From: a virus
Taxonomy: Duplodnaviria > Caudoviricetes
Strand: one strand, 5' to 3'
DNA length: 35,232 nt
IMG/VR virus record: IMGVR_UViG_3300030330_006583
Location: 1-35,232 of that record
Numbering within the stretch: the first letter of the stretch is position 1; the number at the start of each line of letters is the position of its first letter. The notes under the pieces were generated by a model. That model saw only the letters and a program-made list of their open reading frames with translations. It was not told where the DNA came from and did not search any database. The translations under genes and the position numbers were made by a program. Positions 33,404 through 35,232 of this stretch are shown here, one piece after another.

Positions 33404-34033
33404 TCATATATTATAGTTAAACTTTGCTATATCATCAGCAAAATGCTGTGCAACTAAATCAATAGATTCTTGATTATAAACTTGAGTATATGAAGACTCG
33501 TATTTTTGAAAATTTACACGACCTTTAAATATTTTTTTCATTCCTAGCTCTTTAGCAAGAGGAATCATTTCATTATCTAAATCTTCCGTTTTAATTATTT
33601 TATCTATTTTATAATCTTTATTATCATCTGACTTAAACCAATTTAATTGGTTGTTAAAAATATAACGCCAAAGTCTTAATCCTTTACGTGTTCTACTACG
33701 ATCAAATTTATCAGAATATGCCCATTTTATCCATTTATTAAAATCATTATCAATATCTTTATTAGCTGAAAAGTATTCTTTGTATTCCAGCTGTTTAAAA
33801 AAGCTCCATGATGAATATTGCTTTGCCCATGGATTTCTTACTAAAGATATAGTATACAATTTATCTATATCAATACCCTCTCCTTCACATCTTTCGTATA
33901 AATTTTTAAGAGGTATATGTTTAGGATAACTCCATTCAGTTTCGAAGTTTTTTCTAAAATTTTGAAATAAATACGTACCAGCTGTTTTAGGTATATGGAT
34001 AAATAATATCCTCTTATCTATTAATCGTCCCAT
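33404..34033 (-). CDS. Sulfotransferase (Sulfotransfer_2-like)
   Basis: FIHIPKTAGT (5'-PSB loop), VRNPW...YS.W (3'-PB motif), Q..W, K.EDL and F..DI..FNY motifs. Confidence 0.88.
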   Translation of the reverse strand: MGRLIDKRILFIHIPKTAGTYLFQNFRKNFETEWSYPKHIPLKNLYERCEGEGIDIDKLYTISLVRNPWAKQYSSWSFFKQLEYKEYFSANKDIDNDFNKWIKWAYSDKFDRSRTRKGLRLWRYIFNNQLNWFKSDDNKDYKIDKIIKTEDLDNEMIPLAKELGMKKIFKGRVNFQKYESSYTQVYNQESIDLVAQHFADDIAKFNYNI

Positions 34034-34034
34034 A

Positions 34035-35231
34035 CTACTTATCTACCCTTATCCATTCTCCCTCTGAGTATATATTAGAGGGAGGTGTGTATTCAACTCT
34101 TGCTCTTCCTTCGTTATCAGTACTCTCATTTTCAAGCATATGCGGATCATGCCTTTCGCCTATTACCATCCATGAAACGGTTGCAGTAGAATCAGCTACG
34201 CAGCTTTCAATAGTTAGTGTATTATCTGCTACAGAGCCTCTTACGGGATCCCAGTTAGTTTCATTAGTAGTAAATGTTCTAAAGCATCTATTAAGAGCAG
34301 TTAAAGTACCGGATGTCATACCATGTATTTCATCTATATTAACTGTAGCCTTACCTGCAGTCAAGTTAACAACACCACTATAAATGTTATCAGCTTGTGG
34401 AGATTCTACGAATGAATGCGACAATCGCTTAGTTGCAGATAATGCTGGAAGCGGGTGCGTAATATCAAAACAACCAGAAGCTTTAGCTAATGTACCGCAT
34501 ACACTAACATTACCACATGCTAATATAGAAGCAGCACCACCACAACCACCACAACCACCACAACCACCACAACCACCACAACCACCACTGCTACCACCGA
34601 CAACCAAGCAAGCACAGCTACTAGCTGATGTTCCTATACCAGCACAAGTAAAACAAGCTTGATAACCACAAACAGCTGTAGTACCACATACTGTGGCGCC
34701 TCGTACGCAAGTTGTACCGCATATTGTGGCGCCTCGTACGCAAGTTGTACCGCATACTTTAGGAGAGCGCAAGCATGTTGTCGCGCAATGAGTACCAGTA
34801 GTACATGAACCTCCACTTGTAGTTACAAACTTTTTAGAGTTATTGTGATATAAATCAACACTACTGTTGCCACCAAATTTAGCAGCCATTTCGCCGCCTT
34901 GTACTTTTATATCGACATCATCAGCCCCTTGTACTACAACATCATCACCAGTACTGCAAATATATAAATCAGCAGTACCGTTAACAATATAACCGTTACT
35001 TCCATCATGGCATATTTTCAGATCATCATCATCACCAAGTCTCAAACATTTACTATCTTTTAACTTTAGATCTCCATTAATATAAACAATCGCATTGTCA
35101 CAGTTACCAATATTAACTGAATTGTTACCGCAACCACAAGCGCAGAAACCTATTACTGTTTCGTTAACAGGACATGCTTGACTCGCTCTAGTACATGCCC
35201 CTAAATATGTACCTTTAACAGTACATGTTAC
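34035..35231 (-). CDS. Cys-rich tail-fibre-like protein, 5'-truncated by the window end
   Basis: The frame stays open from 35231 (VTCTVKGTYLGAC...) through the track start at 35045. It has fibre-type repeats (LRLGDDDDLKICHDGSNGYI, VDLYHNNSKKF.TT) and a C-terminal FDITHPL...HSFVESPQADNIYSG.V.L..G.A.V domain. Confidence 0.75.
   Translation of the reverse strand, partial: VTCTVKGTYLGACTRASQACPVNETVIGFCACGCGNNSVNIGNCDNAIVYINGDLKLKDSKCLRLGDDDDLKICHDGSNGYIVNGTADLYICSTGDDVVVQGADDVDIKVQGGEMAAKFGGNSSVDLYHNNSKKFVTTSGGSCTTGTHCATTCLRSPKVCGTTCVRGATICGTTCVRGATVCGTTAVCGYQACFTCAGIGTSASSCACLVVGGSSGGCGGCGGCGGCGGCGGAASILACGNVSVCGTLAKASGCFDITHPLPALSATKRLSHSFVESPQADNIYSGVVNLTAGKATVNIDEIHGMTSGTLTALNRCFRTFTTNETNWDPVRGSVADNTLTIESCVADSTATVSWMVIGERHDPHMLENESTDNEGRARVEYTPPSNIYSEGEWIRVDK
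34536..34589 (-). repeat. 9-bp tandem repeat encoding (GGC)5
   Basis: Five perfect ACCACCACA copies on the plus strand (34536-34580) and one ACCACCACT. Confidence 0.95.
34692..34756 (-). repeat. 33-bp-period tandem duplication encoding (V/I)CGTTCVRGAT
   Basis: TGTGGCGCCTCGTACGCAAGTTGTACCGCATA at 34692 and 34725, with degenerate flanking copies. Confidence 0.92.
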
Positions 35232-35232
35232 T

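Noticed and set aside
34536-34756. CRISPR array, DGR template/variable repeat, or RiPP precursor
   Set aside because: The repeats are contiguous, in frame and spacer-less. There is no reverse transcriptase, no adenine-specific repeat pair, and no separate short precursor ORF or YcaO enzyme nearby.
34087-34816. Plus-strand ORFs with a (PPQ)n repeat, and the 60 aa minus-strand ORF
   Set aside because: They are antisense or alternative-frame readings of the fibre repeats.
1-35232. Stop-codon reassignment, introns or inteins
   Set aside because: Conserved genes are full length in code 11, TAA, TAG and TGA all act as stops at gene junctions, and no interrupted core genes were seen.

Overview
An AT-rich 35 kb segment of a large T4-like myovirus (uncultured-phage type). 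There is no sign of a cellular chromosome, tRNA/rRNA genes, CRISPR, integrase or transposase. From left to right: (i) 1-7.2 kb holds putative virion-internal and accessory genes (DUF6267-like, HxGH nucleotidyltransferase, DSG aspartic-protease-like, pyrimidine-dimer glycosylase-like, SET domain, collagen-repeat protein, phoH) interleaved with 7-deazaguanine precursor genes folE2, queD and queE. (ii) 7.3-21.5 kb is a tightly coupled run: a P-loop kinase, about nine soluble glycosyltransferase-like genes, an FkbM methyltransferase, a PIG-L deacetylase, a formyltransferase, nucleotide-sugar enzymes, a DUF366-like gene and a gp62-like gene. (iii) GroES-like, WYL-like and DinG-like helicase genes. 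(iv) A rearranged T4 head/neck module (gp15, gp20, gp13, gp4, gp21, a small core gene, gp22, gp23). (v) On the minus strand, a very Cys-rich tail-fibre-like gene (5'-truncated) coupled to a sulfotransferase. The best candidates for a new system are a phage-encoded glycan-building and decoration pathway, whose possible targets are [LIV]-S-[GAS]-rich virion proteins and the Cys-rich fibre, and a FolE2/QueD/QueE + DUF366 deazaguanine route with no QueC or DpdA in the window. Most promoter-like boxes sit only 4-11 nt from the start codon, suggesting leaderless mRNAs. All family calls come from motif recognition by eye; no searches were run.
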